From Magnetococcales bacterium (GTDB lineage Bacteria; Pseudomonadota; Magnetococcia; Magnetococcales; UBA8363), in the NCBI GenBank assembly GCA_015232645.1, contig JADFZF010000001.1, forward strand, positions 12,374 through 76,373: a stretch of 64,000 bases of DNA, given 5' to 3'. Of the stretch, positions 37,183 to 48,965 are shown one piece after another (position 1 is the stretch's first letter; each line of letters opens with the position of its first letter). The translations under genes and the position numbers were made by a program. The notes below the pieces were generated by a model, which ran no database searches, was not told the origin of the DNA, and saw only the letters and a program-made list of their open reading frames with translations.

Positions 37183-40100
37183 TTAATGTTTAATTTCCTG
37201 AAGATAGGTCTGTAGCGCCTTGCAAGGAAAACCCGACTCCTTGATGGCCGCCATGGCCGCTACCGCAGCCCGCATGCCGGCAATGGTGGTGAAATAGGGG
37301 ATACGCCCGGTCAGGGCACTGCGACGCATGGATAGCGAATCGAGCAAGGCCTGTTTGCCTTGAGTCGTGTTGAACATCAGCAGGATATCACCGTTTTTCA
37401 TCATATCGACGACATCCGGCCGTCCCTGTTTGACTTTATGCACCTGGACCACCTGCAACCCCTCCTGACGCAGATAGTTCGCCGTTCCTTCAGTAGCACA
37501 AAGGGTGAACCCCATTTCCATCAGTCTTCGCGCCGGCGGCAATACCAGCCTTTTGTCATCGTCCTTGACGGAGATACAGGCCATGCCCCGTTGACCGCCA
37601 TCGGGCCTGGGAAGAATGGTTCCGGCACTCTCTTGAGCCTTGGCGAAGGCCAGAGCAAAGGAATCGGCCAACCCCATCACCTCTCCGGTGGATTTCATTT
37701 CCGGTCCCAACACGGTGTCGACGTTAGGAAACTTTTCAAACGGGAAAACGGCTTCCTTGACCGCCACATGATGAAAGGCTGGTTCCTTTTCCAAACCAAA
37801 GGCGGCAAGCCGTTCCCCCGCCATGAGGCGGGCCCCCACCTTGGCCAGGGCCACACCCGTTGCCTTGGAAACGAATGGGACAGTCCGGGAAGCCCTTGGG
37901 TTGACCTCTAGAATATAGACCTCCCCCTGACAAATGGCAAACTGTACGTTCATCAACCCAACGACCTTCAACGCCAAAGCCAATAGTTTTGTTTGACGTT
38001 TCATCTCGTTGATCAAATCGAGCCCAATGGAATAGGGTGGCAGGGAGCAGGCGGAATCGCCCGAGTGAATTCCCGCCTCTTCGATATGTTCCATCACCCC
38101 GCCCACAAGGACATGTTCGCCGTCGGAGAGGCAATCGACATCGATTTCGATGGCATCGTTGAGGAAATGATCCAGCAATACCGGATGATCGGGAGAGGCT
38201 CGCACCGCCGTATGCATATAGCGCTGCAGATCGCTTGCCGCATAGACGATCTCCATGGCCCGGCCTCCCAGAACATAGGAGGGACGCACGACGATGGGAT
38301 AACCTACGGAAGCGGCGACGGCCATCGCTTCGGCCTCGGATCGGGCAATGGCGTTTTTAGGCTGTCGCAATCCCAACTGTTCCAGCAATACCTGAAACCG
38401 TTCCCGATCTTCTGCCTGATCAATGGCATCGGGGCTGGTTCCGATGATCGGTGCGCCCGCCGCCTCCAAGGGTTTGGCCAATTTCAGAGGGGTCTGCCCG
38501 CCCAATTGAACGATAATTCCCATGGGACGTTCCGTTTCGACGATATTCAGGACATCCTCCAGGGTCAACGGCTCAAAATAAAGTCGATCCGAGGTGTCAT
38601 AGTCGGTCGAGACGGTTTCAGGGTTGCAATTGACCATGATGGTTTCAAACCCCGCCTCCTTGAGGGCAAAAGAGGCGTGAACACAGCAATAATCAAACTC
38701 AATCCCCTGTCCGATGCGATTCGGTCCCCCGCCCAAAATCATGATTTTCTTTCTGTCGCTCGGGGCCGCCTCGCATTGTTCCTCATAAGTGGAGTACAGG
38801 TAGGCGGTCTTGGAGGCAAATTCAGCGGCACAGGTATCCACCCGTTTAAAGACCGGTTTGACACCATGTCGACATCTCGTTGCGCGCACGGTCGTTTCAT
38901 CCGAATTCATAATCCGCCCCAGGGTGGCATCGGAGAAACCCATTCGTTTCAATTCCCGCCAATGCTCAGGGGAGAGGTCCTGGGGACGTTGGCCGTACAA
39001 CAGCCTTTCCTTTTCGACAATCTGCTGAATCTGGTCCAGGAACCAGGGATCAATGGCCGTCACCCGGTGGACCCAGGCGAGGGAGCGACCATAACGAAAA
39101 GCGTCCGCCACCAGTAGAATCCGGTCGGGTCCTGCAAAGCGAAGCTGTCGCTCCAAGGAGATATCCCGCTCTTCCTCCGATTCGAACAGTTGTGTGGCAA
39201 AGATAGGATTGAACCCATCCAAACCCGTTTCCATGGAACGCAAGGCTTTCTGGATCGATTCCTTGAAAGTGCGACCAATCGACATGGCCTCGCCCACCGA
39301 TTTCATCTGGGTGGTGAGCAGGGGTTCCGCCTGGGGAAATTTTTCAAAAGTGAAGCGGGGAATCTTGGTGACGATGTAGTCGATGGACGGCTCAAAAGAG
39401 GCCGGGGTGACACCTGTAATATCGTTCATGATTTCCGGCAGGGTATATCCCACTGCCAGTTTGGCGGCCACCTTGGCGATGGGAAATCCCGTTGCCTTGG
39501 AGGCCAGTGCCGAAGACCGTGATACCCTCGGATTCATTTCAATGACCAGCAGGCGTCCATTGGCCGGATTCAGGGCGAATTGAACATTGGACCCCCCGGT
39601 GTCGACACCCACCTCTCGGAGAATGGCTATGGAGGCATCACGCAACTCCTGGTATTCCTTGTCGGTCAAGGTCAACGCCGGGGCTACGGTGATGGAGTCG
39701 CCGGTATGAATCCCCATGGGGTCGAAATTTTCAATGGAACAGACGATGATGGCGTTGTCATCCCGATCGCGGACCACTTCCATCTCAAACTCTTTCCAAC
39801 CGATCAACGACTCTTCGATCAATACCTCGGTGGTGGGAGAAGCGGCCAAGCCCTTGCGAACAATAGTTTCATATTCTTCGAGATTGTAGGCCACCCCCCC
39901 CCCGGTTCCACCCAGAGTGTAGCTGGGACGGATGATCAAGGGAAAGCTGATCTGACCGAGGATGGCCAGGGCATCGTCCCAATTGTGGGCAAAGCCGCTG
40001 GAGGCCATTTCCAGGCCAATCCGGGTCATGGCCTGTTTGAACAGCTCGCGATTTTCCGCCTTGGCGATGGCCTCGCGGGAGGCACCGATCAACTCGACGC

Positions 40101-40443
40101 CGTACCGTTGCAGAACCCCCGACTCAGCCAGCTTCATCGCCAGGTTCAAGGCCGTTTGGCCCCCCATGGTGGGCAGCAGGGCATCGGGGCGTTCCTGTTC
40201 GACGATGCGACTGAGGACTTCCACGGTCAGAGGTTCGACATAGGTGCGATGGGCCAATTCCGGGTCGGTCATGATGGTGGCGGGATTGGAATTGACCAGA
40301 ATAACGTAAAACCCCTCTTCACGCAGAGCCTTGCAAGCCTGGGCTCCGGAATAGTCGAACTCACAGGCCTGACCGATCACGATGGGGCCAGCGCCGATGA
40401 TGAAAATTTTATGGATGTCGTCGCGTCTGGGCATGGCTGTCAC
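37183..40443 (-). CDS. carB: Carbamoyl-phosphate synthase large subunit
   Basis: 1086 aa with duplicated ATP-grasp halves and an MGS-like C-terminal domain. The N-terminus reads [19 protein letters not shown]. Confidence 0.97.
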   Translation of the reverse strand: MTAMPRRDDIHKIFIIGAGPIVIGQACEFDYSGAQACKALREEGFYVILVNSNPATIMTDPELAHRTYVEPLTVEVLSRIVEQERPDALLPTMGGQTALNLAMKLAESGVLQRYGVELIGASREAIAKAENRELFKQAMTRIGLEMASSGFAHNWDDALAILGQISFPLIIRPSYTLGGTGGGVAYNLEEYETIVRKGLAASPTTEVLIEESLIGWKEFEMEVVRDRDDNAIIVCSIENFDPMGIHTGDSITVAPALTLTDKEYQELRDASIAILREVGVDTGGSNVQFALNPANGRLLVIEMNPRVSRSSALASKATGFPIAKVAAKLAVGYTLPEIMNDITGVTPASFEPSIDYIVTKIPRFTFEKFPQAEPLLTTQMKSVGEAMSIGRTFKESIQKALRSMETGLDGFNPIFATQLFESEEERDISLERQLRFAGPDRILLVADAFRYGRSLAWVHRVTAIDPWFLDQIQQIVEKERLLYGQRPQDLSPEHWRELKRMGFSDATLGRIMNSDETTVRATRCRHGVKPVFKRVDTCAAEFASKTAYLYSTYEEQCEAAPSDRKKIMILGGGPNRIGQGIEFDYCCVHASFALKEAGFETIMVNCNPETVSTDYDTSDRLYFEPLTLEDVLNIVETERPMGIIVQLGGQTPLKLAKPLEAAGAPIIGTSPDAIDQAEDRERFQVLLEQLGLRQPKNAIARSEAEAMAVAASVGYPIVVRPSYVLGGRAMEIVYAASDLQRYMHTAVRASPDHPVLLDHFLNDAIEIDVDCLSDGEHVLVGGVMEHIEEAGIHSGDSACSLPPYSIGLDLINEMKRQTKLLALALKVVGLMNVQFAICQGEVYILEVNPRASRTVPFVSKATGVALAKVGARLMAGERLAAFGLEKEPAFHHVAVKEAVFPFEKFPNVDTVLGPEMKSTGEVMGLADSFALAFAKAQESAGTILPRPDGGQRGMACISVKDDDKRLVLPPARRLMEMGFTLCATEGTANYLRQEGLQVVQVHKVKQGRPDVVDMMKNGDILLMFNTTQGKQALLDSLSMRRSALTGRIPYFTTIAGMRAAVAAMAAIKESGFPCKALQTYLQEIKH

Positions 40444-40447
40444 CTCG

Positions 40448-41638
40448 TCATGAATGATGGACGTGCCGCATCATCGTCACAAATTCGGTGAACAGATAGT
40501 GGGCATCGTGGGGGCCTGGACTGGCCTCCGGATGGTATTGCACCGAAAATACCGGCAGCCGATTGTGACGCATTCCCTCGATAGTGCCGTCGAACAAGGA
40601 TTCGTGGGTTACCGTTACCTCGTTGGGCAGGGAGGCTTGAGATACGACAAAACCGTGATTCTGAGAGGTAATTTCCACCAGACCCGTTTGTAGATTTTTG
40701 ACCGGGTGATTGCCGCCACGATGGCCGAATTTCATTTTGGTGGTACTGCCCCCCATGGCCAGGGCCAGCATCTGGTGACCAAGACAGATCCCGAAGATGG
40801 GCTTTCCGGTTGACAGCAATTTTTCAATGCAGCGAATGCCATGAGTCACCGCCTCCGGGTCACCCGGTCCATTGGAAAGGAAAAAACCGTCGGGACGACT
40901 CTCCAGGAGCTGTTGGACCGCCACTTGCGACGGCCACACCTCAAGCACGCATCCTGCCGAGACCAAATTGCGCAATATGTTGCGTTTGACCCCAAAATCC
41001 AGCACCGCCACCCGTAAAGAGGGGTTTCCCTCCGCGACGGACTCTTTCCCAGGGGGGCTGTTCCACGGATACCAAACGCCATTTTTCCACCTCGTCAACC
41101 CCTCGCGCCACGAGTAGGGTTTGTCGCAGGTGACGACACCCGTCAGATCCATACCGGCCAAACCGGGCCATCCCCTGGCCTTGGCCAACAAGGAATCAGA
41201 GTCGAAATCCACGGTGGACAAGATTCCTCGTCTGGAACCCTGATCGCGGAGGTGTCCCACCAGGCTTCGGGTATCTATCCCTTCGATGGCCGGAATATCA
41301 TGCCGCGCCAAAAACCCGGAAAGGTCCTCCTTGGCCCGCCAATTGGAGGGAATGCGCGATGATTCACGGATGACGAATCCTTTGAGCCAGGGTCGCCGGG
41401 ACTCCATATCCTCGGGGTTGATGCCAACATTACCGATTTGAGTTGCGGTCATGGTGACAATCTGTCCGGCATAGGAAGGATCGCTCATGATCTCCTGGTA
41501 ACCGGTCATGGAAGTGTTGAAACACACCTCCCCCACCGCCTCGCCCGGGGCACCGCACGCCATGCCATCAAAGCGACTGCCATCATCCAGCACCAATACC
41601 GCTTTGTCTACGCCATGAATCATCTGGAATCTGTCCAC
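40448..41638 (-). CDS. carA: Carbamoyl-phosphate synthase small (glutaminase) subunit
   Basis: 396 aa with the GATase triad context GICLGHQ...HPE. It lies immediately upstream of carB. Confidence 0.95.
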   Translation of the reverse strand: MDRFQMIHGVDKAVLVLDDGSRFDGMACGAPGEAVGEVCFNTSMTGYQEIMSDPSYAGQIVTMTATQIGNVGINPEDMESRRPWLKGFVIRESSRIPSNWRAKEDLSGFLARHDIPAIEGIDTRSLVGHLRDQGSRRGILSTVDFDSDSLLAKARGWPGLAGMDLTGVVTCDKPYSWREGLTRWKNGVWYPWNSPPGKESVAEGNPSLRVAVLDFGVKRNILRNLVSAGCVLEVWPSQVAVQQLLESRPDGFFLSNGPGDPEAVTHGIRCIEKLLSTGKPIFGICLGHQMLALAMGGSTTKMKFGHRGGNHPVKNLQTGLVEITSQNHGFVVSQASLPNEVTVTHESLFDGTIEGMRHNRLPVFSVQYHPEASPGPHDAHYLFTEFVTMMRHVHHS

Positions 41639-42037
41639 TCGAGAGTATGTTTAGCCGGACTTCCCAATCCCTGCAAAACCTGAAACGAATCTAAACCGGT
41701 CCAGCCATTTTGCCAACCAACAAAAATTGGCGGAAAGCCTTCATCCAAGGCGGTCAAATGGCGAAAATCCCGACATTGGTCACAACAAAAAAATAATGGG
41801 TACGAGGATTTTTTCCTTCCGCATCCGCGAGCATATTGTCATTTCGTTAATTTCATGTTAATAAAAACAATAAGTTCCAGTTGATTGTTCAGCATCCCCA
41901 CGACCTCCTTGCCAGGGAAAATGCACCAACAAACGTGCGTCAACCGTTGGCGATGATGGACAGTCGGGGTATGATCAACGATTTGGTGAATGTGGCTTGT
42001 ACCTGCATCGGAAATATTTTTCATAGGGGATAATACC

Positions 42038-42460
42038 ATGTCATTTGTCATGCGTAGGACCATGCTTGGAGCCCTGCTTCTCTTCGGGGCCACTCTTGGC
42101 AGTGTCGGAATGGCCAGTGCGGAGAATCGTGGACCTGCCGGTGCCCAGACGGAAAACCGTGGTCAACTCAGTTTCAAGGAAGACGTCCTTCCCATCCTGA
42201 AGCTCCGTTGCATGGACTGCCATACAGGCAATGGGCCAGGCGTCATCGAAAGCGGTTTGAATCTGGAAACCTACGAAGGATTGATGCGGGGAACCCGCTT
42301 CGGGCCGGTCATCATCCCCGGCAACGCCATGGTCTCCAACCTCAACGTCCTGGTGGAAGGCCGCGCCGGCATCCGCATGCCCCACAATCGTAAACGCCTG
42401 ACACCGTGTGAGACAACGATCCTTCACGACTGGGTCAACCAGGGTGCCAGAAACAACTGA
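42038..42460 (+). CDS. Exported monohaem c-type cytochrome-like protein (PSCyt1-like domain)
   Basis: The ATG at 42038 follows AGGGGA. A signal peptide (MSFVMRRTMLGALLLFGATLGSVGMASA) and a single CxxCH motif (CMDCH) are present. ...IIPGNAMVSNL...RMP resembles the planctomycete-type cytochrome c domain. Confidence 0.65.
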   Translation: MSFVMRRTMLGALLLFGATLGSVGMASAENRGPAGAQTENRGQLSFKEDVLPILKLRCMDCHTGNGPGVIESGLNLETYEGLMRGTRFGPVIIPGNAMVSNLNVLVEGRAGIRMPHNRKRLTPCETTILHDWVNQGARNN

Positions 42461-42641
42461 ACTTTCCGACTCTTTTCCGGAAATGGCGTCGGGTAGTAAC
42501 CCTTGGCCAAACCCAACGCCCGTGCTCCCGGGAGGCGCAAGCCGCCGACTCCATGCCAGTTGACTCCCTCGGCGGGAGGTCATCAGGCCCTGACGGGACC
42601 AATGCGACCTCCCCTAATCAAGGATAAGGGTGTAAGCAATC

Positions 42642-43958
42642 ATGCGTATTACGATGATCGGCACAGGTTATGTCGGGCTGGTTTCGGGGGCCTGTTTCTC
42701 CGAATTTGGCGCCGAAGTCATTTGTGTCGATGTGGACTCCGCCAAAATCGACCGGTTGAATCGGGGGGAGATTCCTATTTTCGAAACCGGTCTCGACAAC
42801 CTGGTCACCCGCAATCACAAGGAAGGGCGGCTGTTGTTTCAAACCGATACCGCCGCAGCGGTGGGCAGCAGCGACGTGGTCTTCATTGCCGTGGGGACGC
42901 CAGAGCGACGCGGTGACGGTGCCGCCGATCTGCAATACGTCTTCCAGGCCGCACGCGATGTGGCCCGAGGGATCAAAAAATTTACCGTGGTAGTCACCAA
43001 ATCCACCGTTCCCGTCGGTACCGGTCAGGAAGTGGCCCGCATCATACGCACAGAAAACCCCGACGCCGACTTCGAAATGGCCTCCAATCCCGAATTCTTG
43101 CGGGAAGGGGCCGCCATCGAAGACTTCATGCAACCAGACAGAGTCGTCATCGGCGTGGAATCGGAACGGGCCAAGCAGGTCCTGAGAAACTTGTATCAAC
43201 CGCTCTACCGTATCGAAACCCCCATTTTGTTCACCAACATTGCCACCGCCGAACTCACCAAATACGCCGCCAACGCCTTCCTGGCAACCAAAATAACCTT
43301 CATCAACCAGATCGCCAACCTGTGCGAGGCGGTGGGAGCCGACGTGCATCATGTCGCCAAGGGGATGGGACTCGACCGCCGCATCGGCAGCCCTTTTCTT
43401 CAACCCGGTCCCGGCTACGGCGGCTCATGTTTCCCCAAAGACACTCAGGCACTCGCTAAAACGGCCCGCAATCACGGCCAACCCGTGGGAATCGTCGAAC
43501 AGGTCATCGAAGCCAACCAACAGCAAAAAACCCGAATGGTGGGTAAAATCTCCGCCGCCCTGGCGGGGCAGGTGGCCGGAAAACGCCTCGCCATACTGGG
43601 TCTCACCTTCAAACCCAACACCGACGATCTGCGCGATGCCCCCGCCTTGACGATTCTGCCAGCATTATTGCAACAAGGGGCCATCATCCGCGCCTATGAT
43701 CCTGAAGGGATGCGCGAAGCGGCCAAACTCCTCCCAGGAGTCGAACTGGTCGCCGAGCCCTACGAGGCCTGCAAACACGCTGATGCGGTAATCATTCTTA
43801 CCGAATGGAACCAGTTTCGTAACCTGCAACTCGACCGCCTGAAAGAATTGATGACACCGCAAGCCGATGGTCGTTTCTGCTTTTGCGATCTGCGTAATAT
43901 CTACGAACCCGCCCTCATGAAGGAACAAGGGTTCAACTATATCTGTGTGGGCCGTTAA
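42642..43958 (+). CDS. ugd: UDP-glucose 6-dehydrogenase
   Basis: N-terminal MIGTGYVGLVSGACF (NAD fold) and catalytic Cys context GGSCFPKD; 438 aa. Confidence 0.92.
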   Translation: MRITMIGTGYVGLVSGACFSEFGAEVICVDVDSAKIDRLNRGEIPIFETGLDNLVTRNHKEGRLLFQTDTAAAVGSSDVVFIAVGTPERRGDGAADLQYVFQAARDVARGIKKFTVVVTKSTVPVGTGQEVARIIRTENPDADFEMASNPEFLREGAAIEDFMQPDRVVIGVESERAKQVLRNLYQPLYRIETPILFTNIATAELTKYAANAFLATKITFINQIANLCEAVGADVHHVAKGMGLDRRIGSPFLQPGPGYGGSCFPKDTQALAKTARNHGQPVGIVEQVIEANQQQKTRMVGKISAALAGQVAGKRLAILGLTFKPNTDDLRDAPALTILPALLQQGAIIRAYDPEGMREAAKLLPGVELVAEPYEACKHADAVIILTEWNQFRNLQLDRLKELMTPQADGRFCFCDLRNIYEPALMKEQGFNYICVGR

Positions 43959-43961
43959 TCC

Positions 43962-45359
43962 ATGAAGACATCGATCAATCCACATATTTTTCGCGAATAT
44001 GACATTCGCGGAGTTGCAGGAAAAGACTTGACCGGACCGTTGGTGTTCGACCTTGGCCGCGTCTTCGTCAACCTTCTCGGGAAGGAATTGACCTCGTCCA
44101 CACCCCCCAGGGTCGCCATAGGTCGGGACGGTCGTCTCTCCTCCCCGGAATTGGCGGATCACCTGGCGCGTGGTCTGGCTCAGGGAGGGGCCGTGGTTGA
44201 TGATGTCGGCCTGGTTCCCAGTCCAGGGCTCTACTTTGCCATGCACCACGGGCATGCCGATGCCGGCATCATGATCACGGGCAGCCACAACCCCGCCGAT
44301 TATAACGGCCTGAAAATGGTCAAAGCCAGCCGACCTGTCTATGGCGATCAAATTCAGGGACTGAAAAATGCCCTCATGGCCGGGGCATTCGAAGATCGTC
44401 CGGGGGGTTCGGTTCGCACGACCAATATCCTGGGCGCTTACCTGGATCGCTTGACCAACGATTTCAAGCCCGGTCGTCGCCTCAAGGTCGTTCTCGATTG
44501 TGGCAACGGTGCCAGTGGCGTCATTGCACCCCAATTGCTCAAGAAATTGCCAAATATCGAAGGGGAATGTCTGTTTGCCGAGGTGGATGGCCGTTTTCCC
44601 AATCATCATCCCGACCCCACCCTGCCGGAAAATCTTCATCACCTGCGCCAACGCATGACTGAGATCGGGGCTGAACTGGGTATCGCCTATGATGGTGATG
44701 GCGATCGTATCGGAGCCCTGGACCATAGGGGCCGGATCGTCTGGGGTGATCGGATGATGATCCTGTTCGCACGCCAAATTTTGGCCTCGCGACCAGGAGC
44801 CACCATTATCGGCGACGCCAAATGCTCCCAGGTGATGTTCGATGCCATCGCCCAGGCGGGAGGGACGCCGCTGATGTGGAAAACCGGTCATTCTCTGATC
44901 AAGACCAAGATGAAGGAAACGGGTGCTCCCCTGGCGGGCGAAATGAGCGGCCATTTGTTTTTTGCCGATCGCTATCTGGGATTTGACGATGCCCTGTATG
45001 CCACGGTGCGCCTACTTGAGATCATCGCTGAAACTCCGGCCACCCTGGCGGAACGTTTGACCGATCTACCGGAGGTCCATGCGACTCCAGAGTTACGCAT
45101 CGATTGCGAAGATTCGCTCAAATTCCAGGTCATGGAACGAATCCTCAAGGGCGAGAAAAATAAGGGCTCCGACTTTTCCGACGTCGATGGGGTGCGTGTC
45201 CGTTGTCCCGGCGGATGGTGGCTGGTGCGCGTTTCCAACACCCAACCCGCCCTGGTGGCCCGCGTTGAGGCCAACTCTCGTACGCGTCTGCTTGAAATCG
45301 CCGCAGACCTTGAAACCCTGTTACGATCCGAAGGGGTGCATCTGCCACCCTGGGAATGA
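43962..45359 (+). CDS. Phosphomannomutase/phosphoglucomutase
   Basis: Active-site loop TGSHNPADYNG and metal site AYDGDGDRIG; 465 aa. Confidence 0.92.
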   Translation: MKTSINPHIFREYDIRGVAGKDLTGPLVFDLGRVFVNLLGKELTSSTPPRVAIGRDGRLSSPELADHLARGLAQGGAVVDDVGLVPSPGLYFAMHHGHADAGIMITGSHNPADYNGLKMVKASRPVYGDQIQGLKNALMAGAFEDRPGGSVRTTNILGAYLDRLTNDFKPGRRLKVVLDCGNGASGVIAPQLLKKLPNIEGECLFAEVDGRFPNHHPDPTLPENLHHLRQRMTEIGAELGIAYDGDGDRIGALDHRGRIVWGDRMMILFARQILASRPGATIIGDAKCSQVMFDAIAQAGGTPLMWKTGHSLIKTKMKETGAPLAGEMSGHLFFADRYLGFDDALYATVRLLEIIAETPATLAERLTDLPEVHATPELRIDCEDSLKFQVMERILKGEKNKGSDFSDVDGVRVRCPGGWWLVRVSNTQPALVARVEANSRTRLLEIAADLETLLRSEGVHLPPWE

Positions 45360-45425
45360 TTCCTTTTCCACCCTGCCCCCTACCCTTCAACCGCGGGGAA
45401 GGTGCCTTAGAATACGGAAAGACCG

Positions 45426-46352
45426 ATGGATACCGGTGTCCTCCTTGCAGGAATTCCTTTGGCATCTCCGGTGACTTTGCTTTCCGGTTGTGTCGGTTTT
45501 TGTGAAGACCTGATGCGTTTGGAAGGGTTTGATTTTTCTTCCGTAGGGGCGGTATTCCTCAAGGGAACGACCCTGGAGGCTCGCCGCGGCAATCCGCCTC
45601 CGAGGATAGCGGAAACCCATGGCGGCTTGTTGAATGCCATCGGGTTGCAAAACCCTGGTGCCCGCCATGTGGTCGATACCATCCTCCCTGCCATCCAACA
45701 CCTGCCAACCCGTCTGATTGCCAATATCGCCGGTTCCTCCGTGGAAGATTACCGCGAAGTGGCCCGAATTTTTGATGACAGCCCTGTCCATGGCATGGAA
45801 ATCAACATTTCTTGCCCCAATGTCAAGGAGGGCGGTGCCGCTTTTGGTTCCGATCCACGGGTGGCGGCGCGGGTGGTGGAAACCGTCAAACAGTCCACAT
45901 CCAAGCCGATCATTACCAAACTGTCTCCCAATGTCACCGATATCGGCCTCATGGCCCGGGCTATCATCGATGCCGGTACCGATGCCATTTCCGCGATCAA
46001 TACCGTGATGGGCATGGCGATCGATCTGGAAAACCGCCGGCCCGTGTTGGGGAATGGTCAGGGAGGCCTTTCCGGACCGGCCATCAAACCCATCGCCTTG
46101 CTTGCCGTTTGGCGCATCCATCAAGTCGCCGGCCCCAAAGGGATTCCCATCATTGGTCAAGGAGGAATCATCACCGGCCGAGACGCCATGGAATTCATCC
46201 TGGCGGGGGCAAGCGCCGTGGGCTTGGGTACGTCGCTGTTCCGAAATCCCCTGGCGTCTTCCGAAGTTTTGTCGGAAATGATGACATGGCTGCGTCATTA
46301 TGAAGCCGATCATTTTGATCAAATCAGGGGGACACTGGCTTGGCCGGAATGA
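45426..46352 (+). CDS. pyrD: Dihydroorotate dehydrogenase, class 1 (Cys-type catalytic base)
   Basis: 308 aa. NISCPNVKEGGAAFG and GGLSGPAIKPIAL are typical of class 1 DHODH catalytic subunits. No pyrK-like partner is adjacent. Confidence 0.88.
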   Translation: MDTGVLLAGIPLASPVTLLSGCVGFCEDLMRLEGFDFSSVGAVFLKGTTLEARRGNPPPRIAETHGGLLNAIGLQNPGARHVVDTILPAIQHLPTRLIANIAGSSVEDYREVARIFDDSPVHGMEINISCPNVKEGGAAFGSDPRVAARVVETVKQSTSKPIITKLSPNVTDIGLMARAIIDAGTDAISAINTVMGMAIDLENRRPVLGNGQGGLSGPAIKPIALLAVWRIHQVAGPKGIPIIGQGGIITGRDAMEFILAGASAVGLGTSLFRNPLASSEVLSEMMTWLRHYEADHFDQIRGTLAWPE

Positions 46353-46470
46353 ACAATAATCAGGAAATGAAAGGACGGACGGTCCTAAGGCTTTGGGTCG
46401 ACGGGTTCCTTCAACCAGGATGGGCGGTACGATGAACGCCAGCCCTCTGCCAACATGAGGAGAGATCAAC

Positions 46471-47403
46471 GTGCGTGTCATACTGGCGCAACCCCGAGGT
46501 TTTTGTGCCGGAGTAGAACGGGCGATCGCTATCGTTGAGAAAGCCCTGGAAGTCCACGGAGCCCCCCTCTACGTGCGCCATGAAATCGTCCACAATCGTT
46601 GGGTTGTGGATTCCTTGAGGCAAAAAGGGGCGGTGTTCGTGGATGAACTGGATGCCGTCCCTGACGGGGGGACCGTCATCTTTTCCGCTCATGGCGTTTC
46701 CAAGGCGGTGGTTCAGGAAGGACAACGTCGACCTTTGCGGGTCCTCGACGCCACTTGCCCTCTGGTGGAAAAGGTGCACCGTCAGGCGGTTCGTCTCAAT
46801 TCCGAAGGATTCCGAGTCATTCTCATCGGCCATCCCGGACATCCGGAGGTGGAAGGGACTCTGGGGCAGCTTCCCCCCGGAAATATGGAAGTCATCAGTA
46901 ACGAACGGGACGCCTCCGATCTTCCTGAAAATCCAAATAAACAAGTGGCATTCATTACCCAGACCACCTTATCGTTGGATGAAACGGCCGAGGTGGTGAA
47001 ACGATTGCGCCAACGCTTTCCGAAAATTCGCGCGCCAGCCCGGGAAGATATTTGTTACGCCACGCAAAATCGGCAGAATGCTGTCAAGGCCCTGGCCAAA
47101 CGGTGTGATCTGATCCTGGTACTGGGTGCTCCCAACAGCAGCAATTCCAACCGCCTGCGCGAGGTGGCTGAACGGGAAGGGACCCAAGCCTTCCTGATCG
47201 AATCGGCCGATGATGTGCATGAAGCATGGTTCGACCAAGTCGAAACCCTGGGAATCACGGCCGGCGCCTCGGCCCCCGAAATATTGGTGGAAGAGCTTTT
47301 GACGCGTCTGGGAACCGCCAGTCAGGAGGTCGAATTGCTTTCCATTACCGAGGAAAATCTTGTCTTTCCCCTGCCCCGGGAATTGGCCAGACCTTTTACG
47401 TAA
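46471..47403 (+). CDS. ispH: 4-hydroxy-3-methylbut-2-enyl diphosphate reductase
   Basis: GTG start behind GAGGAGAG. PRGFCAGVERAI and the 310-aa length match IspH/LytB. Confidence 0.92.
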   Translation: MRVILAQPRGFCAGVERAIAIVEKALEVHGAPLYVRHEIVHNRWVVDSLRQKGAVFVDELDAVPDGGTVIFSAHGVSKAVVQEGQRRPLRVLDATCPLVEKVHRQAVRLNSEGFRVILIGHPGHPEVEGTLGQLPPGNMEVISNERDASDLPENPNKQVAFITQTTLSLDETAEVVKRLRQRFPKIRAPAREDICYATQNRQNAVKALAKRCDLILVLGAPNSSNSNRLREVAEREGTQAFLIESADDVHEAWFDQVETLGITAGASAPEILVEELLTRLGTASQEVELLSITEENLVFPLPRELARPFT

Positions 47404-47415
47404 AAGTCATCCACC

Positions 47416-48222
47416 ATGCTGTCACTCCCATTGAGGACGATCCTCGAGTTATCGTTGATGCTATGGATCATGGGGCCTGGCCATGGTTGGTGCGGGGATG
47501 CCAGTCATCCATGGGGTGGAATCCCGGGAGAAAGGCTTGAATTCAGCCTGAAGTGGATGGGAATACCTGCCGGTCGCGCCACCCTTGTCACCAACACCCA
47601 TTCCCAACAGCAGATCTTGTTTGAAGCCGAGGCCACCACCGTCGGTATTGCCAAGCTGTTCGGACCGTTCAAGGACCGTCTTCAGGCCATCGCCGCCATC
47701 CGTTCCACAGGTTACACCAGTCTGGATGTGTTCAAGGATCAACGTAAAGGCAACGATGTCCGACTGACACACGACCGTTTCGACTGGTCAAATAAAACGT
47801 TGCAACGTAGTCGCGAAGGTGAGGAGACCCAGGAACTTACTCTGACCGATCCCACCACTAATGATCCGTTGACCGGGTTGTTTTCAGTCCGATCGTTGCC
47901 AGAATTCGGACCTGGTCAAACCGTACAACGACCCATGCTTGTCGGATGGGAAATCAAGGTGGTGACCATGCGGGCCGGGCCGGTGGAACGTCGCCAGGGT
48001 CCCGGAGGGTGGTTCGAAGTCTTTCCGGTCCTATTGGAAATCCCCGACTCCGACTTGTTCATCAGACCGGATGACTTGGTCATCTGGTTGACCGTTGATC
48101 GCAGGCGCATGCCGTTACGAGTGGAATCGGTGTTACGTTTGGGCCGGGGGACCGTCGATCTGATCTCCTATGACGATGGCCGAGGTGGATCGGGCCGCTA
48201 TCCAGAGGAAAAACGACAATGA
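47416..48222 (+). CDS. Hypothetical exported protein (DUF3108-like pattern)
   Basis: 268-aa ORF tightly packed between ispH and kdsB, with a 4-bp overlap with kdsB. LEFSLKWMGIPAGRATLV is reminiscent of DUF3108 proteins. This is a weak family call. Confidence 0.5.
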   Translation: MLSLPLRTILELSLMLWIMGPGHGWCGDASHPWGGIPGERLEFSLKWMGIPAGRATLVTNTHSQQQILFEAEATTVGIAKLFGPFKDRLQAIAAIRSTGYTSLDVFKDQRKGNDVRLTHDRFDWSNKTLQRSREGEETQELTLTDPTTNDPLTGLFSVRSLPEFGPGQTVQRPMLVGWEIKVVTMRAGPVERRQGPGGWFEVFPVLLEIPDSDLFIRPDDLVIWLTVDRRRMPLRVESVLRLGRGTVDLISYDDGRGGSGRYPEEKRQ

Positions 48223-48965
48223 AACCGCGGATCATCGCCATCATTCCGGTCCGTTTTGCATCGGTCCGCCTTCCAGGAAAACCACTTTTACCCATGGCAG
48301 GCAAACCGATGATTCAGCACGTTTACGAACGTGCCCTTTCGGCCCAATTGGATCAGGTGGTGGTGGCCACTGACGATCGACGCATCTACGACGTTGTCAA
48401 AAGTTTTGGCGGACATGTCGTCATGACTGACAAACATCACCCCTCCGGGACCGATCGGGTGGCGGAAGCGGCAACGCAATTATCCGCCGACGTCATCGTC
48501 AACCTTCAAGGTGATGAACCGTTGTTGAATCCGCGGGCCATTGACGCCGCTGTGGCCCCGTTTCTGGAAGACACCAGCCTTACCATGTCAACCCTGGCTC
48601 ATGAAATGACCGACATCCAGGAAATCGACGATCCTAATATTGTCAAGGTGATCTGCAATCTTCAGGGGGATGCCTTATATTTCTCTCGCTCACCGATCCC
48701 TTATTTCCGCCATGGCTACCCGGGAGAATATCCTGTATTACGGCATATTGGATTGTATGTTTTTCGCAAGGATTTTCTTGCCACCCTGGCTTCTCTGCCA
48801 CCCACGCCTTTGGAAAAATCCGAAGGATTGGAACAGCTACGGGTCTTGGAACATGGCTATCGAATCCGCGTGATCCGCAGTGCCCATGCCGCCATCGGTG
48901 TCGACACCGAGGCTGATTACCAAAAGGTTTGTCGCCTGATGGAAACCGGAGGGCCAGATGCATAA
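48219..48965 (+). CDS. kdsB: 3-deoxy-manno-octulosonate cytidylyltransferase (CMP-KDO synthetase)
   Basis: IIPVRFASVRLPGKPL at the N-terminus, LQGDEPL, 248 aa. Confidence 0.92.
   Translation: MKPRIIAIIPVRFASVRLPGKPLLPMAGKPMIQHVYERALSAQLDQVVVATDDRRIYDVVKSFGGHVVMTDKHHPSGTDRVAEAATQLSADVIVNLQGDEPLLNPRAIDAAVAPFLEDTSLTMSTLAHEMTDIQEIDDPNIVKVICNLQGDALYFSRSPIPYFRHGYPGEYPVLRHIGLYVFRKDFLATLASLPPTPLEKSEGLEQLRVLEHGYRIRVIRSAHAAIGVDTEADYQKVCRLMETGGPDA

Noticed and set aside
37993-40491. 374-aa and 303-aa plus-strand ORFs inside carB
   Set aside because: They are antisense shadows of carB, whose identity is unambiguous.
43665-44954. 429-aa minus-strand ORF spanning the ugd/pmm junction
   Set aside because: It lies antisense to two strongly supported genes. 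The translation is Gly/Arg/His/Asp-rich with no motifs, which is typical of a shadow ORF in GC-rich coding DNA.
45387-46481. 364-aa minus-strand ORF opposite pyrD
   Set aside because: It is antisense to a gene with clear DHODH motifs, it has a low-complexity composition, and it has no SD or recognisable domain.
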